DNA of 61,874 bases, filler included, from a bacterium (GTDB lineage: Bacteria; JAMORN01): the NCBI GenBank assembly GCA_027063545.1. It is 12 parts of 12 records of this genome, joined end to end, with 100 filler letters (N's around TTAATTAATTAA, not from the genome) between each part and the next. Parts side by side here need not be neighbours in the genome. Positions count along the whole stretch, not along the records: positions 50,677 to 53,423 come from JAMORN010000315.1; positions 53,524 to 56,244 come from JAMORN010000316.1; positions 56,345 to 59,059 come from JAMORN010000317.1; positions 59,160 to 61,874 come from JAMORN010000318.1; 8 more parts are not named here. One strand, given 5' to 3'. Both the position numbers and the translations under genes were made by a program. The notes beneath the pieces are model-generated. The model was not told the DNA's origin. It did no database searches and worked only from the letters and a program-made list of their open reading frames with translations. This document shows positions 51,002 to 61,467 of this stretch, piece after piece. Numbering within the stretch: position 1 is the stretch's first letter; each line of letters starts with the position of its first letter.

Positions 51002-51976
51002 ATGTCCAAGTTAATAACATTTTGTGGTATAAATCCTCAATTAGTTGTTGAATCTTTATACTATCCAGTAGTATTAAATAATGAGCATATAGATGAAATT
51101 TTCATATTTCTAACTGATTATACTCATAATATTATGGATAAAAGAGAGATAAAGAAACAAATAAAAAATATGTATAAGTTTTATAATATAAAGTTTTCTA
51201 TACCTAATTTTAAATTTATAATAAAAAAGACTTCTTTAATAGATGATTTTGAGAGATTTTTTATTGAAGTGCTAAACGATTTAAGAATGATTTTTAATAA
51301 ATATGAAGATGAATTTTTTTATGTAAGTATAGCAGCAGGTCATAAGAGTGTGAGTATTGTATTTTATAAAGGTGTTGTTTTATATGCAAATAATGCAAAA
51401 ATTTTTCATATAATATCTCCAGATGATTTTATAAGATCAAAAGAGTTTTTTCCGAGGTCAAAAGATATACTGAAATTTATAGAGATACCATTTATTTCAT
51501 TAAGGGATTTTATTGATTATTCTCAACCTTTAACAAATTATATAGATATTAAAAAGAAAACAGAAGATATTAATAAATATTTAAAAAAAATTATAAGGCC
51601 TAAAAAAATTACAATAGACTTAAAAAGTCATTTTATAAAAATTGGAGATAATATTATTAAATTAAAACCTTTTAATTTAGCAGTTTATTTATTTTTTTTG
51701 GAAAAACAGAAAGTGATAGGTGGAAAATCTGATTTTAAAGATGAATATTATGAAGAAATAGAAAGAATATATAGAGATAGATTAAAAATAACAAGACCTT
51801 TAAAATTAGATAGAGACTTTTCTAAGATTTTAAAAGCTATATCCGAAATAAAAAAAAGTTTTTCTCATTCTGGAATTTTAAGTTATCATTATTATATAAT
51901 AAAATCAGTAGGAAATCATAACCCTAAGCACTATATACTAAATATAAAGAAGAAAAATGTTAGGATAATAGAATAA
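51002..51976 (+). CDS. CRISPR-associated CARF protein (NE0113/Crn1-like) with C-terminal wHTH
   Basis: GINPQLVVESLY, SIAAGHKSVS, FHII...FFP, EIPFISLR resemble NE0113 motifs. Confidence 0.75.
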   Translation: MSKLITFCGINPQLVVESLYYPVVLNNEHIDEIFIFLTDYTHNIMDKREIKKQIKNMYKFYNIKFSIPNFKFIIKKTSLIDDFERFFIEVLNDLRMIFNKYEDEFFYVSIAAGHKSVSIVFYKGVVLYANNAKIFHIISPDDFIRSKEFFPRSKDILKFIEIPFISLRDFIDYSQPLTNYIDIKKKTEDINKYLKKIIRPKKITIDLKSHFIKIGDNIIKLKPFNLAVYLFFLEKQKVIGGKSDFKDEYYEEIERIYRDRLKITRPLKLDRDFSKILKAISEIKKSFSHSGILSYHYYIIKSVGNHNPKHYILNIKKKNVRIIE

Positions 51977-51991
51977 AAATAGGAGATAATT

Positions 51992-52384
51992 ATGGCAAAA
52001 TTATACTTATTATTTAATCATAAATTAACAGAAGAACAAATAGAAGATGCGTATAGAACATTAAATATAGATAGCATAGAAGAAGTGCCTAAAGAAATTA
52101 AAGACTTATGGGCAAATATACCATCAGATTTATACTCTTTAAAAAAATATTTACAACCAGTAAAAAATTTTATTTATTCTTTAAATAAAAATGATTATAT
52201 TCTTATTCATGGGGACTTTGGAGCAGTTTATTTAACTGTAAGTTGGGCGTTTAAAAAAGGGGTTATACCTATTTATTCAACAACCAAAAGGATTCATCAA
52301 GAAACAAAAGATAAGTATGGTAATGTAAAAATGGTAAAGGTATTTAAACATGAAAGATTTAGAGAATATGAGTTAGATGAATAA
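51992..52384 (+). CDS. csx20: CRISPR-associated Csx20 family protein
   Basis: LLFNHKLTEEQIEDA, WANIP, LIHGDFGA, YSTTKR, FKHERFREY. Confidence 0.85.
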   Translation: MAKLYLLFNHKLTEEQIEDAYRTLNIDSIEEVPKEIKDLWANIPSDLYSLKKYLQPVKNFIYSLNKNDYILIHGDFGAVYLTVSWAFKKGVIPIYSTTKRIHQETKDKYGNVKMVKVFKHERFREYELDE

Positions 52385-52545
52385 AAAAAATAGAGTATTG
52401 TTATATTGTGTCATATCCACAAATAATTTCTTGAGAGTTGATATATTATAAAGATGACAAACTCAAAAAATTTATTATTAAATATTTTCAAGATAGTTAA
52501 TATAAAATTAACTATAAATTAATATTATAAAGGAGGATTGGAATA

Positions 52546-53423
52546 TTGATTTTACCATATAAAAAGATAAAACTCAAATTAAAAGGAGAGGATAAATTTA
52601 TTTTTAAAAAATTTCCTGGTTTTATACTTCGGAGTGCATTAGGGAGAAGTTTATATAAAACATATTGTATTCAAAGAAATAAAGTATGTAAAGAATGTAT
52701 TATAAAGGAGACTTGTACTTACTCTTTTTTATTTGAGAGTAATGTATCTTATAGATTTGAAGTTCCAGCATTTTCTCATACACCACCCCATCCTATGTTT
52801 ATTTCTGATTTTAGTGTGGAAGAAGATACAATTTTTTTAGAATTAACCTTTATAGGAGAGAAAGCAATAAGTTATATTCCATATACAATAGCAAGTTTTC
52901 AAAGAATGAAGTATTATGGTTTAGGCAAAACTAGAATAAAATTTAATGAACAAGTAATAGAAGAAATAGAAGATAAATGGATATATGAAAATACACCTTT
53001 ATTTAAAAGAAAGAGAAAAAATATAACAATTTTTTTAAAAACACCTCTTTCTATTTTTACAGAAGGTAAGATATTGTATGATTTTGAACCTTTTATATTT
53101 TTCAAATCAATATTAAGAAGAGTATATCTACTCACATTATATTATGGAGATTTTAAGGAGAAAGATAAGTTATTGTTTAACGATTATTATAAACAATTAA
53201 AAGAAGATTGGGATAGATATAATATTGAAATAAAGAAAAAGAATATAAAAAAGAGAAGGTATAAATATTATTCTTCAAGACAGGAAAAAGAGATTATATA
53301 TAAAGGCATAATAGGAGAGATAAAATTAAAAGGAGAGTTTGATAATAGACTTTTTTCTCTTTTAAAAGCAGGAGAATTGTTTAATACAGGAAAGCTTATC
53401 TCTTTTAGTTTTGGTAAAATAGT
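52546..53423 (+). CDS. cas6: Cas6 endoribonuclease (3' end at contig edge)
   Basis: GFILRSALG, CxxxxxxCxxCxxxxxC, PPHP, TPL, YSSRQ, C-terminal G-loop GKLISFSFG; TTG start after AAGGAGG. Confidence 0.85.
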
Positions 53424-53523
53424 NNNNNNNNNNNNNNNNNNNNNNNNNNNNNNNNNNNNNNNNNNNNTTAATTAATTAANNNNNNNNNNNNNNNNNNNNN
53501 NNNNNNNNNNNNNNNNNNNNNNN

Positions 53524-53788
53524 CTGTGTCAATAACACTTTCATATATACCAATTCCAGCATTATTTACTACGATATCTATATGATCAAACTTAGAGAAT
53601 ATCTTTTCTTTTAATATATTTATACTATTTTTATCATAAAGATCTATTTGAATATGATAGTCAATAAATGGATAATCTAGATTTGTTCTTGAAATACCTA
53701 TAACAAAAAAATCCTGCATTTTAAATTCTTTTGCTAAGGCTTTACCTAAACCTTTTGAAACACCTGTTATAAGTACTATACCGTTCAT
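53524..53788 (-). CDS. Short-chain dehydrogenase/reductase, N-terminal part
   Basis: ITGVSKGLG, VVNNAG. Confidence 0.9.
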
Positions 53789-53806
53789 ATTTTATTGTAA
53801 ATAAAA

Positions 53807-53840
53807 AAAGACGTCTTCCCTTAATATGGAAGACGCCTTT
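53807..53840 (-). terminator. Intrinsic terminator after the MCP gene
   Basis: AAAGGCGTCTTCC-8 nt-GGAAGACGTCTTTTTTT. Confidence 0.85.
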
Positions 53841-53887
53841 AATCTATTTTTATTATTATCTTTTATTTATCTAACTTTACTTTATAT

Positions 53888-56244
53888 TCATTTTAAATTA
53901 TTTCTTAAAAATCTACCCATTTTTGCATCTTCACCAAGTATATGGGCAATAAGCCATTCAACAACTTCTCTTTGAAGTGTATCTACAAACTCATCGGTTA
54001 TACCTGTCTTTTTGAATACTTCAATATAGCCTTTAACTTTATTTACAAATTCATCGTGTACTTTTTTATGATGTTCATATCCAGGATAATTATATTCTTG
54101 CATATATGTTTCTTCTGTAGAGAAATGCTCTACTGTATAATTTGCTAAAAAGTTCAATATCTCTTCAATCACTTCATTTGCAGCGTCCTGCTCAATAGCA
54201 TTAAGAAGTTTATTTGTAGTTTTTACTAAGGCCTTATGTTGCTCATCTACAATCTCAATACCCGTATCATATTCTTTTTTCCATGTTAAAGGTCCATCAT
54301 CAGGAAATTGATCTAATTTTGAAGTTATAGTAGAATCTGATTTTATAGTTTCACTTGTTACAATCTCATCTTTATAATTTTCCCTAATCCATTTTCCAAT
54401 CTTTGTATCCATACCTAATATATGATTTATAAGCCATTGACCTATTTCTCTATAAAACGTTTCTACATATTCTTGAGATAATCCTTCTCTCTTAAATTGC
54501 TCTACTAAATTTTGAGTTTTTTCTATGAACTTTTTATGAACTACCTTATGGGTTGAGTACTCGGGATAATTATATTTTTGCTGAATAATTTCTTCATCTG
54601 AGAAGTGTTTAACAACATAATCACTTAAAAAGTTTAATATCTTTTCCATATCTTCCTTTGTTGCCCCTCTATTAACTGAATCTATAAATTTATTAATAGA
54701 ATCAACAAGCTGTTTATGCTCCTCATCTATAAGTTGAACACCTGTTTCATATTCTTTTTTCCATTGTATTTTATCAAATTTAACATCAAGTTTTACAATT
54801 CTTTCTCCACTATCAGTTTTCTCAGATTCTGACTTGTCTATCTTAAATTTATCAATTAAAGAAGATAAATTCTCTGCAACTTTTTTTAACTTAGTAACTT
54901 CTTTTGCAACATTATCTTCGCCTAATATTAAAGCATCGCTTGATATTACTAAATCTTTTAGTTCTTCTGTGTTTTTCTCTCCTATTTTCTTTAATTCATC
55001 AATAGATTTTTGAAGTTCTCCAATTTCTAAAAGAATAGAATCTAAACTGGTTTTTAAAGATTTACTATTTTTTATTATTTCAAGAAGTGTGTTATTTATA
55101 TTTCTAGAAGATTCTGCGATATTATTAATTTCATTAGCGATTTCCTCTACATTTGATTTCCCAGTTTGAGACTCTAACACTAGTTTTTCAAAGCTCTTAG
55201 ATAAATCATCAATACCTTCTGTAACTGAAGCAACATTCTTAATAATTTTATTTACTATATCTGTAATCTCTTTCATATGATTTTCTGTTGTAGCTGAAAG
55301 TTCTTTAATTTCCTCGGCTATTACCATAAAACCTTTTCCTGCCTGTCCTGCATGTGAAGCTTCTATAGAAGCATTCATCGCAAGTATTGATGTCTCTTTT
55401 GATATTTCTGAAATTATTTCAACAACATTTTGAATTTGATTAGAAGATTCTTTTATGCCTTTTACTATATCTACAACTTTCTCAAGAACTTCTTTATTTT
55501 CTTCTGAAAATTTTGCTAACTTATCTATGACTTTTGCTGTATCCTGGGCTTTTTTGTTAGTTTCATCTAAAGTAGTTACCATCTGCTCATTTTGTGTTCC
55601 AATAGATTCTATTTCTACTGTTAAATTTGAAATAAATGTAGAAAATTTATTTATATTATCCGCTACTTTTGTCATAAAATCTGCAATATTTGTCAATTTT
55701 TCAAATTCTGATTCAATATTAGAACTAATTGCTTTCATCATATCCACACTTTCTTTTACCTTCTCTTTGTTTGTATTAACTGTAGAATCAACAAAAGAAA
55801 ATGTATTCGTAAGTTTTTTTACAGCTTCTTTTATATTAAAGACTATCTCTGATAATTCTTTCTTCATTTGTATCAAAGTCTTTGAAGTATGTTCAAAATC
55901 TAGAGGTAATTCTGGAATATCAACAGTTAAATTACCCTCACCTATCTTTTTTAATCTATCATTTAAAACTTTTATTGGTATATCCAATTTATTAGTTAAA
56001 AATTTATTAAATATTAAAAATACTATTCCTCCCCCTACTAGCATTAAAAAGATAAATGTTATAAATATTTCATATATTACCTGCAATGCTTTCTTTTTTA
56101 TATTGTCTGTTAATATATATACACCTTGTATCTCACCATTAAAGTCTTTTATAAAAGAATAAATAATTAAATGTCCATTTATTAATAATTCTCCACTTTC
56201 CCCTTTATTTTCAAGTTCAGATATTTTTTCTTTAAAGAATCTTT
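53888..56244 (-). CDS. Methyl-accepting chemotaxis protein with two C-terminal hemerythrin domains (5' truncated)
   Basis: Cache-like IKDFNGEIQG, TM, HAMP, LAMNASIEASHAGQAGKGF; two sets of H/HxxxE/HxxxH/HxxxxD. Confidence 0.92.
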
Positions 56245-56344
56245 NNNNNNNNNNNNNNNNNNNNNNNNNNNNNNNNNNNNNNNNNNNNTTAATTAATTAA
56301 NNNNNNNNNNNNNNNNNNNNNNNNNNNNNNNNNNNNNNNNNNNN

Positions 56345-56373
56345 CTTCCGATACATAAAATTACCCTTTCCAT
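56345..56373 (-). CDS. folK: Probable FolK start (truncated)
   Basis: MERVILCIGS.. directly after folB. Confidence 0.55.
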
Positions 56374-56381
56374 AGTTTCCT

Positions 56382-56732
56382 TTACACCTCCACGCTAAAT
56401 TGTTCAACATGTTCTATTGGGGGTTTATGTTTTACTATTTTTACTCTTATATCTTTAATATCTATATTATTGAAGTTTTTTAAAATAGCGTTCTTTATGT
56501 CAAGAGCCATATCCTCTAAAAGATCATAAGCCTTCAAATTAAAAATATTTTTTGTTTCTTCCACTACCTTTGTATAATCTAAAAAAATTCCCTTATAAAA
56601 ATAATCAATCTTTACAATAATATCAAATTCTCGTGGTAATTTCTTTTCTTCTGGATATAAACCATGACTACCAAAAAGAGTTATTGGCCCTATTTCTAGT
56701 TTAATAATCTCTCCAATCAAATTCTCTTCCAT
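56382..56732 (-). CDS. folB: Dihydroneopterin aldolase
   Basis: GSHGLYPEE, LDY, LLED, KHKPPI. Confidence 0.85.
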   Translation of the reverse strand: MEENLIGEIIKLEIGPITLFGSHGLYPEEKKLPREFDIIVKIDYFYKGIFLDYTKVVEETKNIFNLKAYDLLEDMALDIKNAILKNFNNIDIKDIRVKIVKHKPPIEHVEQFSVEV

Positions 56733-56967
56733 CTATATAAGTTACTTTCCTATCTTTAAGAACTTCTTTTATTCTCGACAAAGCTTTCTCTAATATAACA
56801 TCTCTTGTTATCTTCATTGGTGGCACATCTTTTATTTCAAACCAAACTGGCTCTTGTTTTCCTATTCTATAATACATTTTATCGCCTATATATCTTTCTC
56901 CCAATAAAACCTCTATTGTATGAGGTTCACCATCTATTAATACATTTCTTGCCCAGATAATTGCCAT
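56701..56967 (-). CDS. Hypothetical protein
   Basis: 88-aa ORF with AAGGT SD, overlapping the folB start. Confidence 0.6.
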   Translation of the reverse strand: MAIIWARNVLIDGEPHTIEVLLGERYIGDKMYYRIGKQEPVWFEIKDVPPMKITRDVILEKALSRIKEVLKDRKVTYIDGREFDWRDY

Positions 56968-57033
56968 ATTTTTTACCTTTTTTATTTATAAAATTTTTAA
57001 GTAGTTTAAATATAATAAATTAAATCCTCATTA

Positions 57034-58590
57034 TCAAAATTTATAACTATTAGAAATGCTATAAATTCTACTTTTATAAAAATCTCTCCATACAGGATCC
57101 TTCTCTTCTTCTATCTTTTTTTTATAATACTCTAACAAATCTTTTTCAGTAAAGAAACACTCACTTAATATTATAAGATAGCGTCCTTCAGGTAAATTTC
57201 TTAAATTATCATACCAAAAATATAGTTTATCTTTATCGTATTTAATACTTTTATAATCACTCTCTAATAAAGAAAATAAAATTTCATAGTCTATACTTAT
57301 ACTTTTTAATTTATCTATATTTTTAAAAAAAGTCAATGTATCATAAGTTAAATAACTATAAAATCCAGTATATAATATATTATATAAATTAGAAGGTGTT
57401 TCTCTTATTATTTTAGCTATTAAAAGAAACTGTTTAAAATAATCTGTATAAAAAAATTCTTTTTTTAGTCTTATAGAATACTTATAAAATTTTTCTGTTG
57501 AATCTGTCAAAAATAAAATAGCTATCCAGTAATAAAAATAGGCCTTATCGTTTTTAGATAACCTTGATACATCAATCCAATAAAAAAAACTATCTATTTC
57601 ATTTTTTATTAAAGAAATTGAAAAATAATATTTGTATAAATTAAAATCATATTCTTCTTTATTTATAACATTTAGATACTTTATAACCTCTGAATATTCT
57701 CTATTAAAGAGAAGATCTTTAAGATATATATGCAAAAACATTTTTTTTTCTTTTATCCCCAAGTTATTTAAATACAAAATTATTTTATCATATCTATTTT
57801 GGGAAAGATCTAAATAGAAAACTTCATTAAGAGATAACTTGTTTTTTATCTTATCACTTAAAATACTATCCATATATGAGAAAAACTTAAAATTACCAAT
57901 ATCTTTATTTTCTTTATTTATAACAAATTTTATAAAATTCAAATCCTCTTTATGAGACTTTATAAAAGTTTTCAAATATATATCATCAAAAAATAATTTA
58001 ATATAAAAATATCTAACCATTAAATAAGAAGTTTCATCATGATTACTTGTAAAATATTTATTCCTATTAAATTTAATTTCTTTTTCTTTTATCTTATATA
58101 GAAGATCTATAAGAAAATCTATATCATAATTTAAATATGAATAATATTCTATTTTATTTAAAAGTATATCTATTTTATTTTGGTATAATAGAGCCTCTAA
58201 GTACTGCTTCCAAAATAATGAAGGGTCATGATTTATATCCTGATGTAAAAGTATTAAATATTCAATAGATTGCCAATCATACTCTGCTTTCAAAACATTT
58301 ATATAAGTTTCAAGCTCTAGTTTATTTAATTTTACACTATTAATAAATCTTTTAGATAGTTTACCTTTTGCTATAGGCCAAAGTTTAGAAAAATATACTT
58401 GAAATCCTAAAGTCTTTTTATTTATACTTTCATAAAATTTTTCAAATTTTATATATTCTCCTCTAGATAAAACTATAGAATCAGCAAAAAAATTTCCTTC
58501 AAATCTCAAATAATATGCTTCTATATTACTAAAAAACAAAATAATAAAGATAAATATGATTCCTAAATTATATACCAAAACTTTTCTCAT
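57034..58590 (-). CDS. Hypothetical exported helical (TPR-like) protein
   Basis: 518-aa ORF with N-terminal signal/TM. Confidence 0.55.
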   Translation of the reverse strand: MRKVLVYNLGIIFIFIILFFSNIEAYYLRFEGNFFADSIVLSRGEYIKFEKFYESINKKTLGFQVYFSKLWPIAKGKLSKRFINSVKLNKLELETYINVLKAEYDWQSIEYLILLHQDINHDPSLFWKQYLEALLYQNKIDILLNKIEYYSYLNYDIDFLIDLLYKIKEKEIKFNRNKYFTSNHDETSYLMVRYFYIKLFFDDIYLKTFIKSHKEDLNFIKFVINKENKDIGNFKFFSYMDSILSDKIKNKLSLNEVFYLDLSQNRYDKIILYLNNLGIKEKKMFLHIYLKDLLFNREYSEVIKYLNVINKEEYDFNLYKYYFSISLIKNEIDSFFYWIDVSRLSKNDKAYFYYWIAILFLTDSTEKFYKYSIRLKKEFFYTDYFKQFLLIAKIIRETPSNLYNILYTGFYSYLTYDTLTFFKNIDKLKSISIDYEILFSLLESDYKSIKYDKDKLYFWYDNLRNLPEGRYLIILSECFFTEKDLLEYYKKKIEEEKDPVWRDFYKSRIYSISNSYKF

Positions 58591-59059
58591 AATAACTTAG
58601 CTTTGACCTAATTATTTTTTTTATAAGATTAATATTACTCTTATTAACTTCTTCAAAGGCTGTATTTCTAGCACCAAAATAATATCTTATAATAACAAAA
58701 TTATAAGCTGCCAAAGCATCTAACATGTATCTATAACTTTCATAACTTTTGGTAGAATTAAAAAATCTTATAGATCTATCTATTAAAAAAGATATAAAAA
58801 ATGTATTAGTAATAAAGCTTGCTATGGCTTTTTTCTTATCATTTATGTATAAAAACCCTAATCCCGGGATTCTTTCCAAACTTTTAGCTTTATATGGATA
58901 CTTCAAATTTAAAGATTCTATAGTATCAATTATTGACTCTAAATAAGCTAACTTTAAACTATCAATTCGATCTAAATTATAATAATCTTTAAAATTCTCA
59001 ATCTCACCTTTAGCCATATTTATATTATTTGTTAATAAATATGCTTTTATTAAAAGATA
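58568..59059 (-). CDS. Hypothetical membrane protein (probably 5' truncated)
   Basis: IPGLGFLY...KAIASFITN motif and hydrophobic segments. Confidence 0.55.
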   Translation of the reverse strand, partial: YLLIKAYLLTNNINMAKGEIENFKDYYNLDRIDSLKLAYLESIIDTIESLNLKYPYKAKSLERIPGLGFLYINDKKKAIASFITNTFFISFLIDRSIRFFNSTKSYESYRYMLDALAAYNFVIIRYYFGARNTAFEEVNKSNINLIKKIIRSKLSYYEKSFGI

Positions 59060-59159
59060 NNNNNNNNNNNNNNNNNNNNNNNNNNNNNNNNNNNNNNNNN
59101 NNNTTAATTAATTAANNNNNNNNNNNNNNNNNNNNNNNNNNNNNNNNNNNNNNNNNNNN

Positions 59160-59702
59160 ATCTTGCTCAACTCTCTCCCTATAGTTTTCTACATGACTTC
59201 TACTTTCAACCTGCCAATATCCTGTTATTCCTGGTCTAACCTTTTCGTATACTTCTATATAATCTCCATAAAATTTCTCTAATTCTTCTTTTGTCACTGG
59301 TCTAGGACCTACAATACTCATATCACCCTTTAATACATTAAAAAATTGTGGAAGTTCATCTAAACTAGTCTTTCTTAAAAAAAATCCTATTTTAGTGATT
59401 CTTGGATCATTTTTTAGTTTAAAATTCTCCTCCCATTCCTTTTTTAAGTCTTCATTTTCTTCTAAAATCTTCTTCAAACGTTGCTGGGCATCAGGTACCA
59501 TTGTCCTAAACTTTATTAAATAAAACTCTTTTCCTCCCCGCCCTACTCTTTTATGTCTAAAAAAAATAGGTCCACCATCTAGTTTCACCAGAAAAGCTAT
59601 AATTATAAATAATGGAAATGTAATCAAAATAGCAATTATAGCAAAAGATATATCAAAAACTCTTTTAAAAGAATAACATCCTTTATAATGAGAAGTTGTC
59701 AA
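59160..59702 (-). CDS. Priming sugar transferase, WbaP/PglC family (3' truncated)
   Basis: KRVFD, KFRTM, DPRIT, SLDELPQ, VGPRP, RPGITG. Confidence 0.93.
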
Positions 59703-59704
59703 CT

Positions 59705-60286
59705 TCAGTCCCCTCCAAATAAATTATTCTCTACCAATTCTGCTATAATATGCCCAATCATTATATGGGCTTCTTGAATTCTCGGAGTATTATATGATGG
59801 TACTACAATAATATAATCACACATATCCTTCATTTTTCCACCATCTTTCCCACTTAAACCTAATACTTTTATACCCAATTCACGAGCTTTTTCTATTGCT
59901 TTTAATATATTAGGGGAATTACCACTTGTAGAAATAGCTATAAGAAAATCTCCTGATTTACCAAAGGCTTCCACTAGTCTGGAAAATACTTCATCATAAG
60001 AATAGTCATTTGCTACAGCTGTTAAATATGAAGTATTTACATGTAAAGCTTCAGCAAATAATGGCCTTCTATCTAATTTAAACCTTCCAGAAAATTCTGC
60101 TGCTATATGTTGGGCATCTGCTGCACTTCCACCATTCCCACATAATAAAATTTTACCATTATTTTTATATACATCTACAATATAATCTACAACCTTCTTT
60201 ATAGTTTCAATAATATTACTATCTTCTAAAATCTTTTTCTTTACTTCTATACTTTCATTAATATATTGCTCTATTTTATCTCTCAT
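59705..60286 (-). CDS. gmhA: Phosphoheptose isomerase
   Basis: CGNGGSAADAQH, ISTSGNS, RIQEAH. Confidence 0.95.
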   Translation of the reverse strand: MRDKIEQYINESIEVKKKILEDSNIIETIKKVVDYIVDVYKNNGKILLCGNGGSAADAQHIAAEFSGRFKLDRRPLFAEALHVNTSYLTAVANDYSYDEVFSRLVEAFGKSGDFLIAISTSGNSPNILKAIEKARELGIKVLGLSGKDGGKMKDMCDYIIVVPSYNTPRIQEAHIMIGHIIAELVENNLFGGD

Positions 60287-60413
60287 ATTACTTATTCCTA
60301 TTTTATTTAAACGTTTTATATATTTAAGTATAAAGTTTATATAAAATAAAAATCAAAGATGTAAAAAACAACTAAAAAAATAATAAACGTATTCCTATTA
60401 GAATATTTAGAAG

Positions 60414-61418
60414 TTACAAAAAATTTTCTAACTTTTCTACTTTATCTTTTAATTCTTCTACTGAAAAAAATTGATTATTATCTGATGAAAAAATAAATCC
60501 TTCTTCTACTTTTTTACCATTAGGTATAATTTCATAGTTATACCAATCAAAGTAAGGATATATAACAAAAAAATCATTATACTCATATGTATATCTAGAA
60601 TCCTCATAAGTAATCATTATCTCATGAAGTTTTTCACCCTCTCTTATTCCTATTTCTTTTATAGGAATTTCTGGAGCTATTGCTTTAGCTAAATCTATTA
60701 TCTTAAAAGATTTACTTTTTGAAACAAAAATCTCACCTTTTCTTCCTAAACTTAAAGCTTTTAATATAAGATCTATTGCTTCATTTATATCTGTCCAAAA
60801 TCTTGTCATTCTACTATCTGTAATTGGTATAAAATCAACTTTTTTTTCTTTTAAACTTTTAAAATAAGGAATCACAGATCCTCTTGTTCCGGCAATATTT
60901 CCAAAACGAACAACAATAAAAGAAGTTTCTAAATCAATTGTATAAGAATTAGATGAAATAAATAATTTATCTGAAACTAACTTAGTCGCCCCATATAAAC
61001 TTATTGGATTTACAGCTTTATCTGTGGATAAAGCGATAACTTTTTTTACACCTCTATCTATTGCTACTTCAATTAAATTTTGGGCTCCCTTTATATTTGT
61101 ATTAATTACTTCTACAGGATTATATTCTGCAATAGGAACATGCTTCAAAGCTGCAGCATGTATTATATAATCAACTTTATATAATGCCCTATATAATCTT
61201 TCTTTATCACGTATATCTCCTATAAAAAATTTCAGTTTATCTTTATGTTTTTCAAACTCTTTTTGCATTAAGTATTGCTTATATTCGTCTCTAGAATAAA
61301 TAATAATCTTTTCTACATCAAAATTTTCAAGTAAATATTTAACTAAAACCTTTCCTACAGAACCAGTACCACCTGTAATTAAAATAGACTTTCCTTTTAA
61401 TATATTTAAATTTTCCAT
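60414..61418 (-). CDS. pseB: UDP-GlcNAc 4,6-dehydratase (inverting)
   Basis: TGGTGS, SRDEYKQ, HAAALKHVP, STDKA, YGATK, MTRFW, GEKLHE. Confidence 0.88.
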   Translation of the reverse strand: MENLNILKGKSILITGGTGSVGKVLVKYLLENFDVEKIIIYSRDEYKQYLMQKEFEKHKDKLKFFIGDIRDKERLYRALYKVDYIIHAAALKHVPIAEYNPVEVINTNIKGAQNLIEVAIDRGVKKVIALSTDKAVNPISLYGATKLVSDKLFISSNSYTIDLETSFIVVRFGNIAGTRGSVIPYFKSLKEKKVDFIPITDSRMTRFWTDINEAIDLILKALSLGRKGEIFVSKSKSFKIIDLAKAIAPEIPIKEIGIREGEKLHEIMITYEDSRYTYEYNDFFVIYPYFDWYNYEIIPNGKKVEEGFIFSSDNNQFFSVEELKDKVEKLENFL

Positions 61419-61467
61419 AGTATTTAAAAATAAATATAAAAAAGTAAGATATCAAAGAATTTAGTAT

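Noticed and set aside
55455-56162. 235-aa plus-strand ORF and other antisense or alternate-frame ORFs (e.g. 3520, 3836, 5659, 17680, 19612, 34936, 36523, 48282)
   Set aside because: Shadows of well-supported genes or repeats, with no motifs or RBS.
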